DNA of 64,000 nucleotides from Phaeosaccion multiseriatum (taxonomy: Eukaryota > Protista > Ochrophyta, other classes). The notes under the pieces were generated by a model, which was not told the DNA's origin, did not search any database, and worked only from the letters and a program-made list of their open reading frames with translations. Position 1 is the first letter of the stretch; the number at the start of each line of letters is the position of its first letter. The position numbers were made by a program, and so were the translations under genes. Positions 26,001-36,800 of the stretch are shown one piece after another. The stretch covers positions 186,001 to 250,000 of the forward strand of contig OZ218965.1 in assembly GCA_965112735.1 (NCBI GenBank), in the 5' to 3' direction.

Positions 26001-26109
26001 TACACACACGGGTCTCCGCGATGACCACCAAGAAGATCTGTTTGCTTTCGCCAAAAGAGTGGCGAACAAGGTGGAAAGGGTATTGACGACGTTACATTCC
26101 AAGTCGTAA
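20094..26109 (+). CDS. ROCO-TIR protein copy A: LRR N-cap + 12 LRR units + ROC GTPase + COR-like + TIR
   Basis: N-cap exon 20094-20274 (DILKALFDATSGSAW...W.TDASLENWFGV). LRR exons start at 20515, 20664, 20813, 20978, 21092, 21231, 21388, 21537, 21685, 21833, 21981, 22134. Exon 22392-22623 has GNPLQYPP and G1 GPTTVGKT|S. Exon 22799-23488 has G2 STVGV, G3 FFDCGGQQDYH, G4 VANQCD, G5 TSCK. COR-like exons 23719-23878, 24066-24713, 24837-24974, 25125-25376. TIR exon 25477-26109 (YQVFLSHAG...FLDEESL...VVVLSPSFVCREWPLEE). Confidence 0.9.
20515..22205 (+). repeat. LRR cassette array A: 12 units of 72-nt exon + ~77-nt conserved intron
   Basis: Exon consensus G-SIPPELGxLxxLxxLxLxxNxLT-G. Intron consensus GTGAGTGGTACGCACACCCGTTCGCGTCCCTTTCACTTGATATGAGTGTGACCAAAGAACTTTCCTCCCATCCGCAG. 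Confidence 0.95.
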
Positions 26110-26286
26110 CCCTAAGCACTCTTTGTCTGCTTACTCCCCAGCCACCCTCACTCAGAGAGAGAGAGAGAGGCGCCAAAGCTTTTTACGGGCAGAACGAGAG
26201 TAAAATATATTGAAACAATGCCTCGGGTTTCCGATTGGGCATGAACGAGTGGCCTACTCCACAGTCCCCCCTTAACACCTGTTGAG

Positions 26287-26560
26287 GGTATCCACCTTGT
26301 ACGAAGGATCTTAAATCACTCCTTCTGCTTCTGTGTAAGACGGACAGGCAAGCCCCCCCCCCCTCCCCTCCCCTCCCCTCTCGAGTCTCTCGCGTCTTCC
26401 GCCGCTCTGCTCGGCAAGCGAGTGAGCGGTAGCGCTATTTTGTATTCTGCACATGCTGGAGAGCATAAGGACCGCCATCGTCGTGTTCAGGCCCTTGCTG
26501 CTTCTGTTGTATCACCACCTGCTGCTACTGCTGCTGCTGCTGCTGTATCACCAACTGCCA
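26287..26560 (+). repeat. ~0.3-kb non-coding direct repeat (also ~31965-32280, ~40777, ~46498, partial ~54227-54480)
   Basis: Shared GGTATCCACCTTGTAYGAAGGATCTTAAATCA...GTGTAAGACGGACAGGCAAGCCCC...GAGCGGTAGCGCTATT...GCACATGCTGGAGAGCA. Confidence 0.85.
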
Positions 26561-27503
26561 TCGTCGTGCCCAAGGCTCTTGATGAGGCGTCCGAGGCCAA
26601 AGCCGCAAAAGCGCCGCAGCAACACACCGAGTGTCCCCTGAGCCTGCCCCTGACCTTGACCTTGACCCTGACCCTGACCTGGAGCATGGGCCTGACCCTG
26701 ACCCTGACCCTGACCTTGACCCTGACCCTGACCCTGGCCCTGACCCCGAGCATGAGCCTGGCCCTGAGCATGAGCCTGGCCCTGACGTTGACCCTTGGGC
26801 CCTGACGTTGGCCCTTTGGCCCTGACGTTGGCCCTTGGGCCCTGATCGCTCAGATACGCTCCAGGGGCTTGATGCCGAGCAGCTCGAAGCATGTGCCCAT
26901 GGCTCGCTTCGTGGCTTGGCACAGCAGGAGGCGCCCGTTCTGTATCACCAACACGGGAGCGTGGGGGGTGGGGGTGTCAGGACAGCGGGTAGGGGGTTTC
27001 AGGACAGTGGGTGGGAGGTGCCCATTTCGTATCACCGACGGGACAGGGCCATGCATACAGCAGCAGTTGGTGATACAGCGTCAGAGACATTGTGTCACAG
27101 GCATTATCTTAGAGTCAGTCTAGCACCCACAGCAAGTGCCCCACTCAATCCCTCACATACTCACTCACTCACGGACTTAATCACCCACCCACTCACCCAC
27201 CCACTCACTAGTAACTGACTGACTCACTCACTCACTTCCTCACTGCCTCACTTACTCACTCACTGCCTCACTCACGCACGCACTCACTCCCTCACGCACG
27301 TACTCACTCAATCACTCACGCAATCACTCACTCACGCACGTACTCACTCACTCACTCACGTCCACTGCCATCCACTGCCATCCCTCCCTCTCCGGGCGAT
27401 GGGGCGCTCTCTCGTTTGTTCTGCTCCTGCCCCTTGCCATCCGCTGCCATCCTCCCTCTCTGACCCCCCAACGCCCCTGCTCTCCCCCCCCTCCTGTCCT
27501 CAG

Positions 27504-29006
27504 CTGGACCCCGACATGCTCAAGATGTCGTTTCCCGAGTGGAAGCTTTACCTCAAGACGTGCCCCAACAACGATGCCGGCAACAGGACTAGGCTCGAGA
27601 GCGGCTTCATGATCGAAATTGCACAGGTCAGTCAGTCAGTCGGTCAGTCGGTCAGTCAGTCAGTCAGTCAGTCAGTCAGTCAGTCAGTCAGTCAGTCAGT
27701 CAGTCAGTCAGTCAGTCAGTCAGTCAGTCAGTCAGTCAGTCAGTCAGTCAGTCAGTCAGTCGGTCGGTCAGCCAGTAAGTCAGTCAGTTCTCGAGTCTGT
27801 CAGTCAGTCAGTGAATCAGTCAGTCAGTGAGTCAATCTGTCAATACGTTGGTCAGCCAGCGCTGTCAGTAGCGCAGTCAGTGACACGCCTCCCTGTCCTG
27901 ACACATTGCTCTGTACCCGCTGTCCTGACACCTTGCATTGTACCCGCTGTCCTGACACCTTGCATTGTACCCGCTGTCCTGACACCTTACACTGTATCCG
28001 CTGACCCCAAGCTTGACCCCGTGACATTGACATTGACATTGACATTGACATTGACATTGACATTGACATTGACATTGACATTGACATTGACATTGCCGCT
28101 CTCTACCCCCTGCCTCGTGCGTGCTCAGGAGGTGGCTATGGAGAGGCAGAAGAACGTGTGGGTCGATGGCAGCCTACGGGATGCAGAGCGGTATGAGGTG
28201 CGTGCGTGCGTGCGTGCGTGCGTGCGTGTGTGTGTGTGTGGGGTCGCCTGGGATGAGGGCTGCGCACTCACCCCGCCACAGGGGGAGGGAAAGATGGACA
28301 TGCAGGTAGAGAAAGAGAGAGGGAGAGAAAGAGAGCGAGAGAGAGAGAGCGAGAGAGCGAGAGAGAAAGAAAGAGAGAGAGAGAGAGAGAGAGCCAGAGA
28401 GAGAGAGAAAGAAAGAGAGCCAGAGAGAGAGAGAAAGAAAGAGAGAGAGAGAGAGAGAGCCTTCCGTCTGCAGACAGAAGCGCATTGGCCCCTTCTGACA
28501 GAGCGTGAGTATGTGCGTGTGTGTGTATGTGTGTGTGTGTATTTGTGCCCGCGCAGATCGTGTTCCGACAGATCCGCTTGAAGCGCCCCCACTACCGCAT
28601 CGCCATTCTCTACGTGTTCGCCGACCGCGAGTGTGTGTTTCGAAGGGCCAAGGAGCGCGGCGAGCAGACGGGCCGTTTCGTGCCCGAGGAGGACATCGAG
28701 GACTCGCTGCAGAAGGTGCCCCTCACCGTAGAGAAGCTCATGCACAAGGTGAGTGAAACTGTCGGCAGCAGCGGGGCGGGCAGGGCCATGCACGGGTGGG
28801 GTTGTTTGGGTATACACAGGTTGGGCATACACAGGTTGGGCATACACAGGTTGGGCCACCGAGGAGTGATAAGCACTATAGGGGGAGAGTAAGCCCTTCC
28901 CACCAAAGCCCTTCCCGCCAAAGCTCTTACCGCCATGACCCTTCCTGCCGTGACGTTTCATGACGTATGTCTCTGTCGCTCCACTGCCGAATGCCGCGCC
29001 CGCGGG

Positions 29007-29053
<47 letters not shown>

Positions 29054-29512
29054 TTGTGTGTATGCGTGTGTGTGCGTGTGTGTGTGTGTGTGCGTGTGTG
29101 TGTGTGTGCATGCGCAGGTGGGCTTCGTGGCGTGGATCGAGAACTCGGAGAATAAGGACACGTCCACCTCGGACCCCAAGCTCGTCAAGTACATGGAGAG
29201 CGAGAGCCCAGACCAGAGTACAGACCAGAGCAGCCAGCCGGGCAGTGACACGCGGCAGAGCGCAGGCAGACAGGTGCGGGGGGGGGCGCCGCGAGAGGGG
29301 TCAGTCAATCAGTCAGTCAGTCAGTCAGTCAGTCAGTCAGTCAGTCAGTCAGTCAGTCAGTCAGTCAGTCAGTCAGTCAGTCAGTCAGTCAGTCAGTCAA
29401 GTCTCTCAGTCAGTCAATCAGTCTGTCAGTCAGTCAGTCAGTCAGTATCAGTCAGTCAGTCAGTCAATCAGTGAAGTCAGTCAATCAGTGAAGTCAGTCA
29501 GTCAGTCAGTCA

Positions 29513-29551
<39 letters not shown>

Positions 29552-29588
29552 AGTCAGTCAGGCCCTCAGTCAGTCAGTCAGTCAGTCA

Positions 29589-29623
<35 letters not shown>

Positions 29624-31797
29624 AGTCAGTCAGGCCCTCAGTCAGTCAGTCAGTCAGTCAGTCAGCCAGTCAGTCAGTCAATCAATCTGTCAGTCAGTCA
29701 GTCCCTGAGTTCCTCAGTACCGTCATGCGTGCTCTGCTGTGCTCTGATGAAGTGTACTCTCTCCCTCTCTATATCAGAAGCCTCCCCCACCCCCCCCCCC
29801 CTCTCTTCCTCTCCCTTTCTCTCTCCTTCTCCTCACGCCCCCCCCCTTGTGTGTGTCCACCGTCTTCCTCTCGCGGCAGTGGGTGATGAACGAGAGGGGC
29901 AGCTGGGAGGAGATTTCGGACCGATTTGCCATACTCGCGGAGCTCGATCAGGTGAGAAGTGGTACAGCGCAATAAGCTAATGAGTGTCTGGCCGTGGCCC
30001 CCAGTAGCTACTAAGGGTTGGAAAGGGAAAAAGGGATACCCAGTGAGCACTAAGGGGCATTTATTGACTTAATTGTCAGCACCAAGGGAGGCACAGGGGG
30101 GTCCTGACACGAGGCACCAGGGTGTGGGGGAGGGGGGTGTCCTCGGTGAACCTTCTCAGCACGTGCTGCTCGGGAGGGAGGTTGACCAAATTCCTCTTTT
30201 TGGTGCTGGTGTCAGCTCTCTCATGCCCATACACATGTTTCTGCTCCGTGAAACGCTGGTTGGTGTCAGGACCCGGCCACATGGCGGTGGTGGCTGAAGG
30301 AGCAAGTGGCCAAGAACGACGTCGTGGTGTTCGGCAAGAGCTACTGCTCCTTCAGGTTTGTGCTCTCGTTGTTGGCCATTCGGCACTCCTTGTGGAGAAG
30401 GTCTTTTCCTCTCGCCTGGCTGCCTCCTGATCTCGTCCTCCTCAAGTCCTCCTTAGTATCTGTGCCCACCACCCTTACTCCCACTCCCTCCTCTCGACGC
30501 CCCCCCTCCCTGTCGCAGCAACCGCTTGTTGGACTTGTTGCACAACCTTAAGGTGGAGTTCACTGTGGTGCAGGTGAGAGCTTCTCGGGAGGGGCAGGCA
30601 GGCAAGCGAATGGGGAGATAGGGAGCGACAATGTAGAGAGAGAGAGCCCTTGGGATCGATGCAACAGATGACAACTGTCTGGACCACCAACGCCTCTCTT
30701 CCGGCCGTGGGGTGCCATCGTCTTCGCTCACACGCCTGAATAGTTCTCTCTCTTTCTGCCTTACTCATGTGTCTCTCTATCCCTCTCTGTCTGCCTCTCT
30801 GTTTGTCACTCTCTCTCTCCTTCTCTCGTCCGCTCTCTTTTGGCAGTTCGACGAGCTCCCCGGGGGGGGTGTCCCCCTGCAGCTCGAGCTCACCAAGATG
30901 ACTGGCATCGCCACAGGTAAGGCATATGGGTCATCGGTGCTAAGGCATATGGGCCATCAGTGCTAAGGCATATGGGCCATCGGTGCCCCCCGAGGCCCGA
31001 TGAAAGGAGAGGGTGTCCGGTGTGTGGTGTCGAACCCCCCCCCCTGACGCTCCCTCCTCCCTCCTCCCCCCTCTCTTGTCCAGTGCCCCAGCTCTTCAGC
31101 CACGGGCGCTGTTTGGGCGGCTGCAGCTCCTGTTTCGCGTTGCACGAGAAGGGTCTTCTCGAGCTCGCACTCAGCGGACCCCTCACAGCGCAAAGCCCTC
31201 CACAGGAGGGAAGTGGGGGGGGGGGGGGTGGTGAGGAGGAAGCTCAGACTGAGGCAAAGAAAGTCCATCAGCAGCTCCCCCTCTCCAAGCCGCAGTCACG
31301 AGAACCTCGCTCTTCTTGCGAGCAGTCCTTCCGTAGAGGCGCTGATGGGGGTGGGGGCGGCAGGAGGGGCAAGGGCATTGCATGGGTCAGGGGCAGGGGC
31401 ACCCACCGGGGGACCGACGCAGGAAGGGAGGCGGGCAACAGTGGGGCCGTACGGGGGGGAGACGAAGCAGTGGGTGGTACAGCAGTTGGGCATACAGCAC
31501 CTCTCAATGGACAACGACGAGAGCCTCCTTCCGAGCGGGGAGCGCTTGGAGACGCCGCAGCAGGGGAAGCACGAGAGTGTCGTCCCCAGCGGCGACAGGC
31601 GTATAGGCAGGCAGTCCAGCGGGAGGTGTATGGGCCGGGGTGGTCATCAGCTGCAGTGCCTGCCGCCCGTTAAGGAGGAACGGCCGGCAGGTCAGCGAAC
31701 GCCCACCCCCGTAAGCCAACAAACGCCCTCCTCCCCAGTAAGCCAACAAACGCCCTCAGGTCAACCCACCAGCTCGGACGAGGCCCGGCCCAAGTGA
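27504..31797 (+). pseudogene. 5'-truncated copy 1 of the zeta-kinase/glutaredoxin gene (no start, no Walker A exon)
   Basis: Inverted homologue of window 1-2190, starting at exon LDPDMLK (27504). Continues into Grx exons SYCSF|SNRLLDLL...TGIAT|VPQLFSHGRCLGGC. Splice sites intact. One extra G in the poly-G near 31215 relative to copy 2. Confidence 0.75.
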
Positions 31798-33819
31798 GGG
31801 CCCAAGAATCAATAGTAAAAAGGAGGTTGGGAAGTCTCGAGCAGAGGCGTATGGGCATATTAGAGCAGAGGCGTATGGGCATGGCGGAGCCGTGGGGCGC
31901 GGACGGCGGCCTTGGTCGCGCGGGCTCAGGCGAAGGGGGTGGGGGATGTGTAGATAAGCGAACTGGTATCCACCTTGTATGAAGGATCTTAAATCAAAAA
32001 TCAAAGAGAACGAACACATTCAAACTGAACTACTCCTTCTGTGTAAGACGGACAGGCAAGCCCCCCTCCCCTCTCGAGTCTCTCGCGTCTCTCGCGTCTT
32101 CCGCCGCTCTGTTCGGCAAGCGAGTGAGCGGTAGCGCTATTTTGTATTTTGCACATGCTGGAGAGCAGGAGGACCGCCATCCTCGTGTTCAGGGCCCTTG
32201 CTGCTTCTGGTTTATCACCACCTGCTGCCACTGCTGCTGTATCACCAAGTGCTGCTTCTGTTGTATCACCAACTGCTGCTGCTGCTGCTGCTGCTGTTGA
32301 ATGCTGCGCATCCGAGAGTACCCTGGCCGCCAACGTTGTCGCTGCGCCGAGGGCTACGGAGAGGCCGGGTGTGTGCAGTGCGAAGTCGCTCGGGTCCTGG
32401 CCTGTATCTGTAGTGCCCCCTTTGCGACATTGATATCGGCGTCATCGACATTGATATCGGCATCATCGACATTGATATCGGCATCATCGACATTGATATC
32501 GGCATCTCTGGCCCTCGCCACTGCGCTGCTGGGGACCTGTACTGCCCCCTTTGCGGCGCATCACCTTCCACTCCCCCCCCCGCTACATCCTTGTAAGCCG
32601 AAAAGGGGGAACAGCTGATGTGTGTCGTCCATCTTGTCCTTCCTGCATGTCTGTGTCTAGGAGGTCGAGCAGCACCTCCAGCACCCCGACTCGCTGCCGC
32701 AGCGCCCTGCCGTCAAATCGCTGATGACCCTGCGCTTCCCCTTCTGCTCAACTTCCCCCTAGGGGTTTGGCCACATCTCACTGCCGGCCTGCTCGTCCAG
32801 AAAAGCATGATGAACTACAGCCAGTCGCCCTCTCGTCGAGCAGAAAGTCTTTGATCCTTCTATTCATAATCAAGGCAGCGTGCTCATCGACGCTCTGGTG
32901 GCTCTCCCCGGTGACTGCCTTCTGCCTTGCAGCTGCGAGCTGACCCTTCGAGAAACCCTTTCACCCTCTGCATCGCACCTCTGCGTCCACCCCACTACTG
33001 CTGGGGCGTCGTTCCTGGCGCCAGCAACGACTTGCTCTCGTGCGTGGCCGGTGACGCGCTTATCCTCCAGCACCTCATCTATCCTGGCTGGCCGGGTCCA
33101 TGTGCAGGGCAGCGAGACCTCCACCTGGGGTGGCGTACAGCTCGCAAGCCACCCAACGACCGCATCACCCGCGTACGAGGGCCCGCCACTGGACCTCTGT
33201 ACCCACAGCCTTTACCACTGCCGCCTTCCCCGCAGCCCAGACCCTCCGACTCTCTGCCTCAGCACAGGGGAGGGGTAAGCCAGGCCGCCCCGCAGCGCCC
33301 GAAACGTGGAATACGCCCTATCCGGGAGCTTGGCCTGCGCCGCTGCCTTCTTCTCGTTCGCCGACGCCTCTGGCTGCTCCCAGCCAGATGCGGGCTCAAT
33401 GCCCTGTGCCAGCTGCAAGCTTGGAGGGGTGACAGCAGTGCTTCCCTTGTGCATGCTGAGGGCGATTGCAAGATTCTCCTGCGCTATCACGCCTCGCCTC
33501 CGCCTGTCGAGCCGACGCACAATGTGCTCCTCCAATCAATGCCGGCTTCGTAAACGTGGCCCGCCTCCTTCCGTTTTTCCTCCCCGCTGCCTGTCTTTCA
33601 TCTCCCCGAGAGTAATCCCGTTCGCACCAGCCTTGTTAGCAATAATGCTTCTCTATCTGTCTCACCCTTTTTTTTCCCGCGTCACGGTCACGTCCATTTG
33701 TGAACTTCATGGATTCAAAGCTCGCTCACTTTTTATGCTGACGTATCCTGACGCCGTGCAGACTAAACACTGAGACCAGGGCGAGCTTTTATCAGTGTTT
33801 GCGTGTTACGAAGGTTACG

Positions 33820-36800
33820 ATGTCTATTGTCCTCGAGGATCAGCGTAGAATACTCACAGCCGTCTTTCTCGCGACGAGCGGACCCGCTTGGTCTTACAAG
33901 GCAGGATGGAACACGGACGCTTCTTTGGAGAACTGGGTCGGAGTGCGCGTTGAGAATGACTATGTGGTGGAGCTTGACCTCGGAAGAATCGGCCTCAAAG
34001 GTAGGAGAGACGTGATTATGGTTGTTGCGCCTTACGTCCTGAAGAGTACGTCGTATTCTAAAGTTTTTCCAGAATGTTGGCAATGTTCTCTCCTTTTATT
34101 TGTTCTTTTATTCATGCAACAACACGTGATCGGTCTAGAATATTCGGGAAGGACGAAGCAAAGAGGGGCGAGAGATGTGTGAGGCAGGGGCATGATGTGG
34201 TAGTCCAGCGACTCGTTCGCGTCCCTTTCACTTCGTGTACCAAAGAGCTCCCCCCGCTCCGCAGGGAGGATTCCACCAGAGCTTGAAGGTCTTCAGAACC
34301 ATGAGAGACTGTCCCTCAACAACAATCAGCTCACTGATGAGTGGCACGAGCACCCGTTCGCGTCCCTTTCACTTGATATGAGTATGACCAAGGAACTTTC
34401 CTCCCATCCGCAGGGAGCATTCCACCCGAGCTTGGAAGTCTTCAGAACCTGACGGTGCTCAGCCTGTTGCGCAACCAGCTCTCCGGTGAGTGATACGCAC
34501 ACCCGTTCGCGTCCCCTTGACTTGATATGAGTGTGACCAGAGAACTCTCCTCCCATCCGCAGGGAGCATTCCACCCGAGCTTGGAAGTCTGGAGAAGCTT
34601 GAGAGACTGAACCTCTCCGACAACGCGCTCACTGGTGAGTGGTACGCACACCCGTTCGCGTCCCTTTCACTTGATATGAGTGTGACCAAGGAACTTTCCT
34701 ACCATCCGCAGGATGCATTCCAAGGGAGCTTGGACGCCTGGAGAAGCTGAAGGTATTAATCCTCTCCTACAGCAACGTCACTGGTAAGTGGTATGCGGAC
34801 CTGTTCGCGTCCCTTTCACTTGATATGAGTGTGACCAAGGAACTTTCCTACCATCCGCAGGATGCATTCCAAGGGAGCTTGGAAGTCTGGAGAAGCTTGA
34901 GCACTTGAGTCTCGCTGGCAGCAAGCTCACTGGTAAGTGGTACGCACACCCGTTCACGTCCCTTTCGCTTGATATGAGTTTGACCAAAGATCTTTCCTCC
35001 CATCCGCAGGGAGCATTCCACCCGAGCTTGGAAGTCTGAAGAAGCTGAAGGTTTTGAAACTCTCCCACAACAAGCTCACTGGTGAGTGGTACGCGTACCC
35101 GTTCGCGTCCCTTTTACTTGATATGAGTATGACCAAAGAGCTTTCCTCCCATCCGCAGGGAGCATTCCACCCGAGCTTGGACGCCTGGAGAAGCTGGAGG
35201 AATTGCGCCTCTCCCACAACAAGCTCACTGGTAAGTGTTATGCGAACCCGTTCGCATCCCTTTTACTTGATATGAGTATGACCAAAGAACTTTCCTCCCA
35301 TCCGCAGGGAGCATTCCACCCGAGCTTGGAGGTCTGCAGAACCTTAGGCTGCTGGACCTTGACGGCAATCTGCTCACCGGTGAGTGGTACGCATACCGTT
35401 CGCGTACCCCTGAATCGTTCGCGTCCACTTGACTTGATATTAGTCTGGCTGAAGAACTTCCCCACGTCTCAGGGAGTATTCCGCCGCAACTTGGACAGCT
35501 GTCAAACCTTCGAGAACTTTGCCTCGACATAAACAACCCCTCTCATTTGATAAGTATGACCGAAGAGCTCTCTCCTCCCATTGCAGGGAGTATTCCACCC
35601 GAGCTTGGAGGTCTTCAGAACCTTGAGATGCTGCAACTCAGCCTCAATAAGCTCAATGGTGAGTGAGTGGGACGCGAACCCCTTTCATTTGATATGAGTA
35701 TGGCTGACCTTTCCTCCCATTGCAGGGAGCATTCCACCCGAGCTTGGAGGTCTTCAGAACCTTGAGAGACTGTACCTCTTCACCAACTTCCTCACTGGTG
35801 AGTGGGACGCGAACCCGTTTGCGTGTTCGCGTCCCTTTCGCTTGATATCAGTGTGACCAAAGAACTTTCCTCCCATCCGCAGGGAGCATGCCGCCGCAAC
35901 TTGGGCAGCTTTCAAACCTTCGAGAACTATCGCTTTACAACAATAATCTAGAAGGTGAGTGGTGCGCGAACCCGTTCCCGACCCTTTGACTTGATATGAG
36001 GGTGACCAAAGAACTTTCTACCCATCCGCAGGGAGCATTCCACCCGAGCTTGGAGGTCTTCAGAACCTTACGGGACTGTCCCTCGACTTCAATAAGCTCA
36101 CTGGTGAGTGTAAGCACACCCGTTCGCGTCCCTTTCGCTTGATAGTCTTATAGCAAAGAACTTCCCCTCCGCCCCACAGGGAGCATTCCAAGGGAGCTTG
36201 AAAGTCTGGAGAACATTGAGCAATTGAGCCTCTACGACAACAAGCTCACTGGTGAGTGGTACGCACACCCGTTCGCGTCCCTTTCGCTTGATAATCGTGT
36301 GACAACGAACTTCCCTCCTCTCCGCAGGGATTATTCCACCCGAGATTGGAAGTCTTCAGAAGCTTGGGTATTTGAACCTCTCCGGCAACAAGCTCACTGG
36401 TGAGTGGTACGCACACCCTTTCGCGTCCCTTTCGCTTGATAGTCGTATGACAAAAGAACTTTCCCCATATCTCAGGGAGCATTCCGCCGCAACTTGGACA
36501 GCTGTCAAACCTTCAACAACTTTGGCTCAACGAGAACAGTCTAGAAGGTAGGTGGTACGCGCACCCGTTCGCGTCCCTTTCACTTGATATGAGTATGACC
36601 AAGCAACCAACGTTCGTCCCATCCGCAGGGAGCATTCCATCCGAGCTTGGAAGTTTGGAGCAGCTCAGGCGCATCTACCTCAACAACAATAAGCTCACTG
36701 GTGAGTGGTAGCATGCCCGCTCGCGTCCCTTCCACTTGGTGCTTTGGTACGGAACATGGCGAGATTTTTGATGAGAGCCAATTCTGAGTGGTCCGGCTCC

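Larger units (their letters stand above)
20837..35331 (+). repeat. First copy of a ~14.5-kb near-identical tandem segmental duplication (second copy 35332-49864)
   Basis: Sequence and ORF track repeat at offsets of ~14490-14550. Differences noticed are almost all homopolymer or microsatellite lengths. Confidence 0.95.

Noticed and set aside
31205-31230. Frameshift distinguishing fragment copy 1 from copy 2
   Set aside because: One-base difference in a 13-14 G homopolymer, likely sequencing error or slippage.
32600-33560. Coding-looking minus-strand ORFs upstream of ROCO B and C (possible decayed TE or gene)
   Set aside because: Short, in different frames, and with no transposase, RT or other recognisable motif.
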